This document shows, piece after piece, positions 12,878 through 26,312 of a stretch of DNA of 64,000 bases. The stretch's first letter is position 1. Each line of letters opens with the position of its first letter. Position numbers and translations under genes: made by a program. The notes beneath the pieces are model-generated. The model was not told the DNA's origin. It ran no database searches and worked only from the letters and a program-made list of their open reading frames with translations. Origin of the DNA: Vermamoeba vermiformis (Eukaryota); NCBI GenBank assembly GCA_045837725.1, contig JBEWZL010000132.1:1-64000 (forward strand). Reading direction: 5' to 3'.

Positions 12878-13283
12878 TTTTATAGCTTTGATAGATTTTC
12901 CTAAAATTAAAGGTCAAACTAACTGATTGACTTTGCAATAAATAAATAAATTTACAATTTATATTTTTTTTAACGCTCGAAAAATTAAAGAGGGTCAACT
13001 CTTGCAGTTCTTAATTATTCATATGCAGGGCCTTGTTTATAAATTATTGAATAATTAATTGGAATATTTACCTTTCGTTGACAGGTTGGATCCTTTGCTA
13101 GCCAACGAGTGCTCGCTAGAACTATTGTCGTCACTCATTCCTGACCAATTAATACCTCGGCATATAATATTGCAAAATTGCGAGCTCTCTTAACCCTAAT
13201 TAATTGATGACGTTAATAACTGACAAAAACTGTCAAGTTGTACTTACTATTTACAATTTATTTACATTTATCATATTATTCTG

Positions 13284-15170
13284 CTACTCTTTGTTGAAGA
13301 ACGAAGTGATGCCTGGCTGCTTACGGTCTGGCTCAACCTTTGGCATCGTTTTTTGTTTCTTCTTCGTTGGTGACTCTTTAACGACTTTGTCAATCTTTCG
13401 TTTCTTATTGTTCGTAGTGCTTTCTTCTTTGGCTTCAATTTTTTCGATTTTTATGTGCGTTTCTTTCGCTTCCACTGTTTCTACTTGCGTGGCTGTGTCA
13501 GATCCCAAAGCTGTTTGTTGTGACGCAGGTGTTCCAGCCGTATTGTTGTTATTATTCGTTTCATCTGCCGCTTTTTTCTTTGAGAAGTAATAAGATATGC
13601 CACCAAACTTCTTCTCTTTTTCAATCACTTCACCGACCCAGTCAAAAACTTCAATCTTGTCCGAGGCCACTGCGCTCAACTTGGCTGTTAGATTCTTCGC
13701 GTTTCTCATCGACTGGTCGTCTTGGTTCGTATTCCATAAGAAGTAAATCACGAAGCGCTCGTCGGCTGAAAGATCCGATTTGAACTTTGGTTGATTGTCG
13801 TCAGCGAACTTCATAAGTAATTTGACCCAATTGTCAACCTCTTCGTCTGTAAGCATACGATCCAAACCCTAATATCGTGTTAATGACACAGTGTAAGGTC
13901 TTCTATTTTCTCCTTACCTCTCGCCTGTGCACACGCACATACATCAGATTGCGATGAGTCTTAGCGAGGACTATGCGAGGCAATCGCTGAGGAGCACGTG
14001 TGCCGTCCAAGTACTTGTACTCTGTAACCACTTTAATACCAGGTGTCTTGTTCTGCGACGCAGGTTGTGTTGACTGCGAAACTTGGCTTTGGTCAGGCAC
14101 TTGTGTCGCAGGTTTGAAGCCTCCGCTTGATGCAGCTGCCACTTGCCGTTGCTGTTTCTTGAACTCGACGCTCATTCGTATCGTTTCATCGACGCCCTTT
14201 AAGCATTAGAACCAACGATGGCTTTGGATCGGTTACTTACAACAAGAATAATGTTCAAGCCTTGAAGCCAGGTTACTGTCTGCTCTAAATGTTGATCATC
14301 GAGCCATTCAGCTGACCTAAATTCGACAGCCATTACGGACCCTGGCAGTAATTGACGCTGACAATATTCGATCCATTGGCACGCGGCAGGAGCTGGTTTG
14401 AAATGCGATGGGAATTGAAACAACACAGGGCCTGAGAATTATTAGCTATCGTGCGCTTACACGCTGCCGTCGTTAACATACCGAGCTTATGTTCAGCGTA
14501 CGCGGGCATAATAGAGTCGTTGAATGCCTGCCACAAAGTGGATTGAGCGTCTGAGCTCATTTGAGCCCATTGAATAGAGACAGGTGACGGTAAAACCAGC
14601 ATTTCAGAAGGTAACTTGGCCTTTACCACGGCTGGCAACTTGTTTATGTCGTCTACTTGCTGCGGTAAGAAATTAATTTCCTGGAAATCTCAAACAAATG
14701 TGATCTCGCGCCGAACCACACACGAGCGCATTTGACTCATCTCGCGTATCATATAGGGTATACACATACCTGCATAGTAAACATTTGAAAGGCCTTAAAA
14801 GTAAAGATGAACTCCTTGGGCGTCAGCTGTCATAATAAAAATATTGATTAAAATATTCTGAGACTTCAAAAATTAATAAAAACAAGATAAATATAACAGT
14901 AATAATTGATATTACTATAGGAAAAATTTTTTGGTGTAAGATACATACGTGAACCCATTTTGTCACTCGATCAACTGGTGGAATAGCGTAATTCGATGAA
15001 TCCACTTCCACGCATGGCATATGGGTAGAAAAAAATCGTAATCGCTCTGAATTATTTGCACACCCTTTCGGATAAAAGCCACAGGTGAGCAATGACGGAT
15101 CTGTCCAAGAACAAACCCCGTGCTTGATTAGAGGCTTATGATAGCTTTCTTCAACTGTGTTACTGTTCAT
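13284..15170 (-). CDS. DUF72 (UPF0759/YecE-like TIM-barrel) protein with basic tail and C-terminal PIP box
   Basis: GVCSW, FYP, VEVDSSNYAIP, FTFKAF, FQFPSHF, AVEFR..W, YVRVHRR, EEVDNW, NTN...NA over about 6 exons; ends KQPGITSFFNKE. Confidence 0.85.
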
Positions 15171-15343
15171 GGTGAAAATAATTTAATAAGAAAACGTCTC
15201 CGCAACAAAAAAAAGAACGCGGGAAACTAGCGTGATGTCGTGTGCAATGTGCAGGTTTTGTAGGAACCGAAGTTTATTCTATACAGCGTTTTAAAGTAGA
15301 AAATTACATGAATGGTAAACAAAATTGTCGTATTTTAGCGGAT

Positions 15344-16217
15344 CTAAGCCAGATCGAATAATAAGAACTCGGCGTTGCCTTCACCAGTACTCTCGATCTC
15401 TAATTCGTCCTTAGCATCTTCAATGAATGCACCGTCACCTTCTTGCAACTCGACGCCGTTGATCTTAAGTGCCGACTTGTTTCTAGACTGGATGAGGTGA
15501 AGATAGCCGAAACGTGCATCCGGCAGTCTGTAACCGAGTTTGTTGCTTCTCTCCAATATAGATGCGAATACTTTGCTGTCTTGATTCACTTTGATCGCGT
15601 CTTCACTCTATAAACACATCAGTACGAGCTTCTTTAATAATATTTATCAAAAGCACTTACGTTTGGAGCCACGACGAGACGGAGCTTGTTTTTCTTCTCC
15701 TCGTCGCTAAAGTGCTTTGTATAATAAGCAGGCTTCAATTCGTTCTTGTTAGGGGATATCCACATTTGAAGGAAGTGCACGGGCTCGGTTTTTGAGTCGT
15801 TGAACTCGGAGTGCGTGATACCAGTGCCAGCACTCGTCATTTGAATATCACCTCGCTTGATGTGCTCTACATTGCCCATACTATCTTTGTGCGTCAAGGT
15901 ACCGCTCACGATATACGAAAAGATTTCGAAGTTTTTGTGCGGGTGGGTACCAAAGCCCTCAGTTGCTGAATAAACGATTATTAATAATTTATTAAATAAT
16001 TTGAATAACTTGAATCATAATTCAAACATGCGCATCACTTACGTTTAACTCGATCTTCGTTTATGACACGCAGATTTCTGTAGCCTTTGAATTTTGGATC
16101 ATAGTAATGTGCAAACGAGAACGTGTGGTATGATTGCAGCCAACCAAGATCTGCATAGCCGCGAGCTTCAGATTTGCGAACTACTATCTTGGCGATTTTG
16201 CTAACTGCGGATTTCAT
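15344..16217 (-). CDS. Pirin family protein (YhhW-like cupin)
   Basis: [54 protein letters not shown]; 3 exons. Confidence 0.95.
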
Positions 16218-16680
16218 GTGTTCAAATTGACTTGAGAATGAGAAATGAAAAATAACCGACCGAAGAAGATTTTATAATTTTTGGATTGAAATCTTCTGGT
16301 GCGGACCGTTGGAAGATTCCAGAAATAGACCTACCTTTGCTCAATTTTTGATTCTTCTGGTTCAAATATTTTTTAGTTGATTTATGCCCACCCTTTTAAC
16401 TACTTGGTTGCTCGTTATGAGTCAATTAAGCTAACACGACAAATCCAGCTTGAGCGGGTTGTTGCCTCGAGTGAAAGCCCTCACCTTATCCGAGTTCTGA
16501 ATTTAGTGCCAGTTTCATAATATTATTTGCTTTCGTGGTCGTGTTGCTGCAAGGAAATTTGTTTTGATTTTTGAAACACGTCAAAAGGTTTACAACAGGA
16601 CCCTGTTCCAAGACCTTCGAAGGCGATAATATTTGTATTATTGTATATTTGTATAGTGTACATTATTATATCTGTAAATA

Positions 16681-19600
16681 ATGTCTCAAAGAGAAGATCG
16701 ACCCACACCTTACCTGCCCGATCAAACACCTTACCCAAACGGCGCAAATGGACTAAGCAATTTACCTGGATCAAATTTGCCAAGTTCTTTGCCATTGTCT
16801 CAATTGCCGGGCCTTGGACAGGTACGATCGCATTTTTACTCGGAAGTCTCAAAATTTAAATGCATTTACTGGTTCAAATTTGCAATAACAATCAATTAAT
16901 TTGTTATAACGAGATTTGATTGCGAGAGAAAACTGATTGATAAAATTTTTCAATTATTATTTTCTCGATCTGTTCTGAATTGACACCTCAACAACTATTT
17001 GGAAGTACTCAATTGATGGCCACTTATTTATATTTACTATCGATTGCGTTTATTTTTCTTGCTGAAGAGAGCCAGTAAAATTAGCATTTATTTGTGTCCC
17101 CCGCGTGATTTTTTATAATAACATCGACCAACAGTCACCAACACCACCCCAGCCCTCGTACAACCAAAACGGGCCTAGCGTCCAACAGCAACATGCCGTA
17201 GTGACCAATCAACACCAGTTCTATCCGTACCCACCTCAAGTGCCAGGTCAACAACAGCCGATCCAACCTCAACTCGGTCCAGTGCCACACTCAAATTTGC
17301 CAGGTACGGTCATTTAACTAATTGGGCCATGAAACTTAGTTTATGAGCCTTATTTGCAATATATAATGCTTCCGTATAATTTTTAATTATATCGATTTAA
17401 TTGTTGACACCTCCTATGCACACTTTTATAATTTGATGTCATATTTGCATGCTATTTTACAATATATATGCTATTATACGTTTAAGCTCTTGCGTACGCT
17501 GTCGAGGCTTTAAAGGTATTCGCGCTGGCGAATTCCAATTCTGCCGTAAATAGTGTGAATCGCAAAGCACTCTATAAATGTTATTATATACACCTCATAT
17601 CTATTCTTCGCGCACACTCTCTCATTGGTACAACGTATTTCGTATCTTTACGATTGATGGCGGACAATTTACCATAGACAGATAAAATTTAGACGCGGGA
17701 GATTACAACTGTGATTACGGTGACATTTTTGCAATATTGTACTCGAAATATCAATTATATCTCTGACATGCGTTTTTACGAAGGCCAAACTGTTACTGGA
17801 CAAACACCGTATCCTCATGCTGGACCGTCCGCATCACATCCGCAACCGAGCGTTAATGCGCCAACTCAACATATTCCACAACAACCTCCACAACATGTAC
17901 AGCCTCCACAACAGCAATACATTAATAGCAATAATAATGCTCCGGTTAGTCCTGTGTCGCCATATATGCACACACATCCACAGTACCCACAAGGTAACGG
18001 ATCTCTCATTCACTCAGCACCACTGCCGCAAAGTCCAGTGCACAGCGTAGTGCCGCAGCAGTCACAATACGGACCAATGTACAGCAATGTTCCCGTGCAG
18101 TCAGGCTTGTACCCGGGTCAATTTGCGACGCAACCTCACTCGCCGGGTCACATCGTTTATCAAGGACAGCCAATGAATAGTAAGAGCGCATATTATCAAA
18201 TAATTGACGTGCTTACCGTGCTTTAGTGCCACCAAATGAACTTCCACCGAATCCTATTCACGTACCGGTCGGTCAAGGTTACGGACTTAGACACACCATA
18301 CCACCGTCACAACCAGTCTACAGACCAGGTAAGCATAATCATTACATATTCGTTATTTAAAATATCATTTCACTTTACCTGGTGCAAAACCACGGCAGTG
18401 AGGGCTGTTCGTACCAAAGTGCCACCTAGGATGTTGTGATACCACGCTAATTAGGGTCAATTTTTTATCACGGAATTATTATTTAAGACTATCACGATTA
18501 ACCATTAATGTCATTACATTCGGTTCATTATTTGTTCACGTTATTTCGCAAAATTTCTAATCATCCTTCCTGCAGTCGATGTCGTTGTAAAACAGACGCA
18601 GCAAGGCCAAGCGCTCTTCGCACCTTCATCTCAAGCAGTCGGACCTGTTTCTACAGCTGTACAGCAAGAGAAGCCGAGTTTATTTTACGATGGTATGTAT
18701 CATCCTCTTCTCATCCAAATCGTGACAAGACTGCACGTGTATTTTAACTGCACACATAATGGTGTGTGCAGCACATATATGTGTATGTCCATGAACTTTG
18801 TGTGGTGTTTCAACTTTCGAACGTAATCGAGGCGCTGAAATTTCAGATACTTTGAACAGCGCGTTGCAAAATCAGCAAGCTGACTGTTTAGCAGCACGTA
18901 TTATCGCATGCTTTAATATTGACCGCTCTCATTTAAGGTCCCCGCTCTCCTCCGTTTTTTATCAAGTCAAGATTGAACAATCTCGTCCTCGATGCTAGGG
19001 TAAGTAGTATTCGACCAATATATAAGCTTTATGCAAGTCCGACACCTAAAAGAATACCGCGCGAAGAGTGACATGCGATTAAAATTCCTCTTGCGCTTTC
19101 TTTTTGTACTCTGGGAACGTTTCAAATTCAAGCAAAAGAAAATTATAGGACTCTTCAGTACCATGCAACGCGGCTCGGCATGTCCTATGCACATATAATT
19201 GTATTTGAAACTTTACGTGGCTTCGCATAATGCCGAAATTACATTGCAATTATTGTTCGGCAAACTTCCGAAAACAGAAATTTTGCCATTCATTACTTGA
19301 TTTGGCTCACAATTAGAAATATATGAACTTAACTATTGCTTTCAATAGGGTACCCCTGATACCATTCGCCAAGGAACGCATCTGTGCGTCTGGCCGAAAA
19401 AAGAAGGAGACAACAGCAACCAGTTGTGGCGATGGCGACAAGATGGATCGATTGAATCCTTTGCCAATCCACTGTTAATATTAGACGTTGAGGTAAGTAG
19501 TTCGAACTTCTTAGTTTTCGCGCCATCCGGATGAGGCAGCAGGATGAAATTTATTATTCCGCACATCCACGCTCGTTCTTTCCATAATAGACCTCGTCAT

Positions 19601-20876
19601 TATTTTCAGTTTCGAAATAAGGTTAGCTTATCGGCCCATTTGACAAACTTACCGAAATTGATCTTGGCCGATCGTTTGCCAAAGATGATACGACTGATAT
19701 GTCAATATGTGCTAGTAGTTTAAAATATTCAATGTCGACGACATCGAGTAACTTTTGATTAACCTGAATCGGATAAAACCACAGCCAGTGAACAGAATCT
19801 TTGTGACTGGCATGACACAACTAATTTATATTACAAATTAAAAATTTAACTGACGACGTGCTGTCTTCGAGCATTCGAATTACGACGAGTAAATTAAAAT
19901 TTAATAGATTCTGAGCGATTTTGTTCAATTTTGCCTATCGCAGATGTGTTCTTTACGGTCCTTGCCGGTGCTGTTACGAATACCGAATAGTTGACCTCTT
20001 GCATTTGTAGCTCTCATACTAATACCTACTCCCTATAGCTGAACACCGGTGACGTATTTCTTAATTCGCCAACCGGAAGCCCTTCACAGAAGTGGACAGT
20101 TACGGGCCACAAGTTCCTCGTCAACCGCGCGCACAATCACGTAATGGACATTAAGGTAACTGCGCAATGCTGTGTTCATTGAGCTCGATTGGTTTGCTGA
20201 TTCAAAATTAGGGCGAAGTCAAGGACAAAGCGACAGACGTGATTGTGTGGCAACACCACGGCAAGAAAAATCAGCAGTGGACCTTAGAATACATGGCCAC
20301 ACCGTTCTACATCAGAGTAAGTCCTCTTCGCTCGCGCCCGAAAGTTATTTCGAACAAGTGTCACTAAAGTGTGATTCATTTTGTAGTGCCGTAAAACCGG
20401 TTTAGTGCTGGACCTCGCGAACGAAGCTACTGCCAATGGCACCAAAGTTGTTCTAGCTCCTAAGAAAGACCATGGTGAGTTCAATTAACGCCATTGCATT
20501 TCAATTCTGCTTACTTAACGTGTTCAATTCTTGGGACAGATCCCGACTCCCAGCTCTGGCGATGGAAAGGGTTCAATATTGAAAATGCCAAGGCGGGCAA
20601 AGTATGTAGTTCCCAGTAGGATCTTTTCGGTTCAATCGGGCTCACATTTGATTTTTATTCTGGCAGGTGCTCGATCTTGATACCCGCAATGGCAACGTGA
20701 TCATCTGGCGGTGCCACAATGGTACAAATCAACAATGGATATTCGATGGTGATAGGCTAGTTAACAAGGAAGACGACAAAGTGCTTGATTGCGACAACAA
20801 AGAGCATCCGGGAGTACAACCGATCTGCACCAAGCCTAGCACAAATCCTCTGCAGTTCTTCGATCTTGCGTCATAG
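16681..20876 (+). CDS. Pro/Gln-rich protein with two C-terminal ricin-B (beta-trefoil) lectin domains, no signal peptide
   Basis: Low-complexity P/Q/Y exons (16681-18330) splice into exons with QxW repeats: FFIKSRLNNLVLD, NQLWRW, SQKW, NQQW, SQLWRW, NQQWIF. Confidence 0.75.
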
Positions 20877-21740
20877 TCGTAAGTGTTTATGCATGTTATT
20901 ATTTTGAAAGCGGGCTATCCTATGCTAATTAAACGGATCGAAGCCACTTTAGATCACAAATTTCCTTTTTGGCTACGTGAGACACCGCGAAGGAAATTTG
21001 ATTCTATTTCCTCGATTCGTTTTCACACCGCCGCGGTAACTTTATTGTCCGAAGAACTGGTTTCGCGTTGTTGATAAAACCGCTACAAAAATAGGATTAC
21101 AATCCATACAAAAAAATACTTGCAATAACTCACTACTACCATCAAAAAAAACGCGCAAGCTTGAAAAGGCAATCGATTGCCCTCGGGAGGTGAACCGAAC
21201 GCAAAAAAAATCTTATTTGATAAAATTTATTGGGCGGCAGTCATTTTAAATTATTCCAATTTGTGTTTTGAAACAATCTTAAAAATACGATACTTCGAAC
21301 CCCGCTGATTATATGACATTCGTAACGACGATTTATTGGCAACCTTGCCGTACGATAAGAGAGCGATGCCGAAATTGAATTTGAAGTTGAATACGAGTCA
21401 AGACTGAAGACGGAATCACCCTGATAATTGGGGAGAAAGTCTATTGCGACGTACAACAGCTTAACGGCATTTTTTAAAGGGCAAATCTTTGCAAAGAATG
21501 TCGAGCACGTGTTTTTCCAAATATGGAATTAAAACCGAGAGGATTTGCTCTGTAATTTTTGTTTTCAGGTTTCATTATCCAGTTTTCTAACCAATCGGTG
21601 ACCACGCATCATAGGCCACCAAGCATAATCTTTGGATACCTAATCACCTCAGTTGCAAGGCCTGCCCTACAAAACGTCTTGCCGACAAATCCACGCAACC
21701 AACTAGCAATCCTCCGCTTGCCATCCAATAGACCAAAGAT

Positions 21741-23924
21741 ATGGACGTAAATAGTCAGGTACGAATTTTGAAACGCAACGGGACTGAAAAAACTGACAGT
21801 TTGTTTTCGATCGCAGATGAATTATTCAGACTCGCAAGAATCTTTTGAGTCGCCCTCACCTAGCCCCTCTCCAACCCACGTAGCATTACATAGAATCAAT
21901 ACCGTGTCTATGATCGTAAGTAGTAAAGCGATTTAGTTTCGTGTGCATCTCAAAAGTTTACGGTCGGGTTTCGGATAATCTTTGATGTTTGCTTTTGCCT
22001 TTTATCATATTTACACCTTTTTTTTTGTAGCACGAGGAGAAGTGCTTCTGCTGTGGTTCCTCCTCCAGACCAGAATCCAGATTGATCAAGTGCAGTTTTT
22101 GCCCCATGTCGTACCATTATGAATGCCTGCCCGCTGGTACTGTCATAACTACACCTCGCTGGTAAGTTTAATTATGATTGCAGTTCTTTTTTTTGCGGCG
22201 CGAATAGAGTTCTTCGTTGGGTTTCGAAAAGATGCGGCAAACTGTTTTTTTTTTCTTTCTCCATCGTGATTAAATCTATTAGAACTAAAGTAATTAGTGG
22301 TTTTACTAAAACCCGCGCTCGTGTAACAAAAGGTTTTCAATCCGTCTTAATTAGGATATTCTAAAAGTAGAGCATTCCGACAACTCTCTTACGCTCCGCT
22401 CCTCGCCCTACTAACACCTGCACTTAAATAGGGGTTGTCCAAGCCATAAATGCGCGGTATGCTCTGCTCCGAGCTCAAAAAGTAAAGGTCGGATGTTCAG
22501 ATGCGTCTTTTGCCCGACTGCCTTTTGTTTGTAAGTGATCCCTCAATAACTGCATCCATGCACGTAGTTCAAGCGAAATTTTTATATTATTTAAACTCGT
22601 GCGAAAGTGCACGTGTACGTTAAACGGTTAATAATGAATTTTCAAACAGAGCGCACGTCTCGGCGACTTGCAAAAAAATCGAAGAGAATCCTTACGAAAA
22701 CAGCGGTTACAACTGCTCTACTTTCAAATTTATTGTTTGTGACAACTGTGAGGTAAGTTAATCGAATCCAGACCGGCAGAGCTAGATCTTGCCCGGTACC
22801 GGGCCTATATTGCGTACCATCCCTAAGTTTGACCTTATACTAACGTTTTCGCATCTAGGGCCGCAATGACGAATACTTCCAAAAAAGGAAACTCGCTTTC
22901 TTATCGGGATCTAACAACGAGGACAACTCAGAGACCCGACCTCTCAAGCGATCCCGAACTGATTCTTATAGCTCAGCTGGATCTGCCGAGGAGCGTGCCA
23001 TGGGCTACGCCTCGTCCCCGAACGATTCTCCCGTTATCGGTCGTGCCAGACAAAAGCCGGATGAGGAGTTGGTACAGATCTTCAAAGAAGTTATCGGATC
23101 CAAATTTCGGCTACAAAAACAGTTGGCCGATGAAATTGGCATAAGGTAAATCATTAATTAATACCGGCGAAACTTTTCTCTTAATTCCTAAATTTAGACT
23201 AACTTTTACCATATTTAGCCAACCTATTCTTAGCCAATTTCTAAATTCCGCTACACGAAATAATGGCTGGAGACTTTTGGAGGAGAAACTCCGTTCCTGG
23301 TGGAGCCTTAAGAAAGAAGAGTTTGAGACGTACAAAGAACAAAAGAAGCTCGCTCGTCTTTCAAACGATACGGCGAAAGGTCAGATCAAGGCTGAAAGAC
23401 GCAACAGATCCATCAGAGCTTCGTACCATTACGGAGAGAACAACCGTGGCTCAATCGACTCGCAATCTAGCAACGAGTACAACGAGGTCTCGCACGCTAG
23501 TGGCGACAGCTACAACTCTGGCGAGAGCGACTACTCCCCGCGCAACTCGCTCACGAGCAAAGAGGAGGCCCTTCAGCCCGCCAACAAGGTGCAGTACACT
23601 GGCTACACTAGTACCGCTGCTCCCCAATACGCTTTCATGTACGCGTATCCCACGCACGTGCCTGAAACAAACTACGCGTACCCTCAACTTCAGAAGAACT
23701 TTGTGACCTCTGTACCCCTCAACCAACACGCAGAGGTACAACAAACTCATCAAGCTGCCCTTCAGACTTATGCAGTCCACTACGACCATCACAACACCGC
23801 TCCTATGGTCGCCAACAACGCGGCGCAAAACACCACCCACTCTAACGCCCAACATCAAGCTTACATCATGCTGGATTACAACAACTACTGGGCCACCGAC
23901 GCCTTCCCTCAACACTACCACTAA
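21741..23924 (+). CDS. Nuclear protein with NSD-like PHD/C5HCH zinc fingers, an XRE/Cro-like HTH and a Tyr/Gln-rich tail
   Basis: Exons encode CFCC...CSFCPMSYHYEC...WGCPSHKCAVC...CVFCPTAFCLAH...CDNC, then LQKQLADEIGISQPILSQFLN. Confidence 0.8.
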
Positions 23925-24509
23925 GCGACGTACGAATATGTTATTATGTATATATACTGTAAATAGTTGCGGGCGAATATCAATAATATAATAATGCGAC
24001 AAAACACTGTATTTTTAGAAAAACAACTTGTACTTTTAGAAAATAATACTCAATAAACCCAATTAAGATAGCTGTTGTTGTTCTTTATTTGAACTTCCTC
24101 GGAGAAAAATTAAGATGCGGCCGAATCCATTTCGAACTCGGTCAGACACTGATCTGAATCTCCTACGGAGTTACCCGCTGCAATCATCACCAAAGGTCAA
24201 CTGCGGAGCCATTCCTGGTTAGTCACAGAAATTCGAAATATCGCCGTCCCGTTTCTCCGTGTCCGGCAATATTTCAAGCTGCTGTTGTTCCATTAATTGT
24301 GCTAAAACGAATAACAGTGCATAGCACACGACATCTAACACAGCAAACTGTATTTGTTTCGTAATTTGACTCCTTTGTTTCGCTCAGTCAAACAAAGGAC
24401 CGGATTGACTCAACGCGCTTTGACGAGTCAGCATCACCAGCACCATAACAAATCTTACCCCGCAGAAACATTATTCCCGCAAAAGAGCGCTGAAATTGTA
24501 ACTAAGAGA

Positions 24510-26008
24510 ATGGCTGATAACTTACAATCGCGAGTATTCTCCGTGATCGGACACAATGAAAATCTATCTCGACCCCTTTTCCACAAAGGAAAGTATGGTA
24601 ATCCATGGGACACTTGGTAGGTATTTTTAAAAATATTTAGACATTTATTTAGCCTATGGCATGTCGCGCGACATCTGCCTTTGTAAAAACAACCCAATTA
24701 ATTGCTAAATTATACTTAGGGGTGGAATGCCAGGCCTTCAGAAAATTATTAAGTGGCGATGGAGTGGCTCTCGCCCCAAAATGCTTTCGAAAGAAGAACT
24801 CAACGAGGTATGATCCGATAGCAATTATCTTCTTATTATATGATGATTATCATTTAAATTACATGATTTAATTATACTTCCCCAAATTAAAGCCTTTCGT
24901 CAAATTAGTAATTACTAATTTTCATAAAGCAACTGCCGGTTATCGAGACGAACTGGGAGGCCATTAATAATCCACCAGCCGATCAATTGCAAGTCACGTG
25001 GATCGGCCACTCGACGTTCCTCGTGCAAATCGACGGTTTGAACTTTTTGACAGATCCTGTAAGTACTTCCGATCCGCGACCTTTACTCGATCCAATACTC
25101 ATGATAGTGAACTAGGTCTGGTCCGACAGATGTTCCCCCGTACAGTTCGCGGGACCTAAACGATTCCGCCACGTGCCATTTGAGATTAAACAACTGCCTA
25201 AAATAGATTTCGTGGTCGTATCTCACAATCATTACGATCATCTTGATCACTATGCCGTGACCACACTACAGCACCATCAAAAAGAACATCCACCTGTTTG
25301 GATCGTGCCCAGCGGTCTTGGCAAATGGTTCAAGGATAATTTGAGTCACAAGCCCGAGGTCGTCGAACTCAACTGGTGGGACTGCGTGCCTCTCAGCGAT
25401 AAAGTTGAAGTCACCGCCACACCTGCACAACACTGGTAGGTCCTTCCTTAGGCTTGCAATTTAACAACTGATATTAACACCAGTTCTCAGGTCCAAGCGA
25501 GGTCCAACAGACGATTTCTACACGTTGTGGGGAAGTTACGTCATTCACAACAAAACAACGGGCAAGAAAGTCTTCTTCGCAGGCGATACGGGCTACTGCT
25601 CTGCGTTTAAAGAGATTGGAAACAAATTCGGATCGATCGATTTAGGCTTGATTCCTATTGGTGCCTATGAGCCAAGGTACGCACGGGCTTCCATTCTAGT
25701 TTGACACCTGTAGATCTGACCCTTTATCTTACAGAAACATTATGAAGAACCAACACGTCGATCCCGAAGAAGCTGTTATGATCCACAAAGACATTAATTC
25801 GAAACAATCAATCGGCATGCATTGGGGCACATTCGTTTTGACAGACGAAAAGTTGCTGGATCCGAAGTTAACACTCGAAGGAATTTTGGCACGAGAACAA
25901 ATGGATCCTAATGAATTTATCACACTTACTCATGGTGAGACTAGGAAACTTGTACATAAGACGGTCACGATTAACAACCAAAATGTGAATAATACCAATC
26001 AGCAATAA
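24510..26008 (+). CDS. NAPEPLD: N-acyl-phosphatidylethanolamine phospholipase D-like metallo-beta-lactamase
   Basis: NPWDTW, TWIGHST, LTDPVWS.RCSP, SHNHYDHLD, PAQHW, FAGDTG, PIGAYEP, MHWGTF. Confidence 0.9.
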
Positions 26009-26312
26009 ACCAGCTGCTTAATAGAGGGTCTTAGAGTTTCATCGTAGGGTATGAATTCAAGCAAAGCCTTTTGATTCAAAAAAAACCGGTAAGCAAAGCT
26101 TCACGTATTTTGGCAAAATAATGAAATAAAGCCTAATTTAAACACACGCCTTTGTCCCCTGCCGACGGGACGGGTGAATACTCTAGCCTTCTCACTTTGA
26201 GCCTAGAAATTCACCGTAAATAATTGCTTAATTATTTAAGATTGTTCGTGCTTGTAGCGAAGCAAATACGAGGAGTTGGAAAAGAGATCGCTAAATCCAA
26301 TTTTATTTTTTG

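Noticed and set aside
22791-22804. 14-bp perfect palindromes (also 21168-21181 and near 59430)
   Set aside because: Isolated, mutually unrelated, and without supporting context.
23451-24002. 183-aa antisense ORF, and similar shadow ORFs at 13204, 45784, 51166 and 56087
   Set aside because: They lie opposite well-supported genes and are explained by codon bias.
26171-26217. SECIS element explaining readthrough
   Set aside because: The stem is plain Watson-Crick with no tandem G-A quartet, and the upstream stop is TAG, not TGA.
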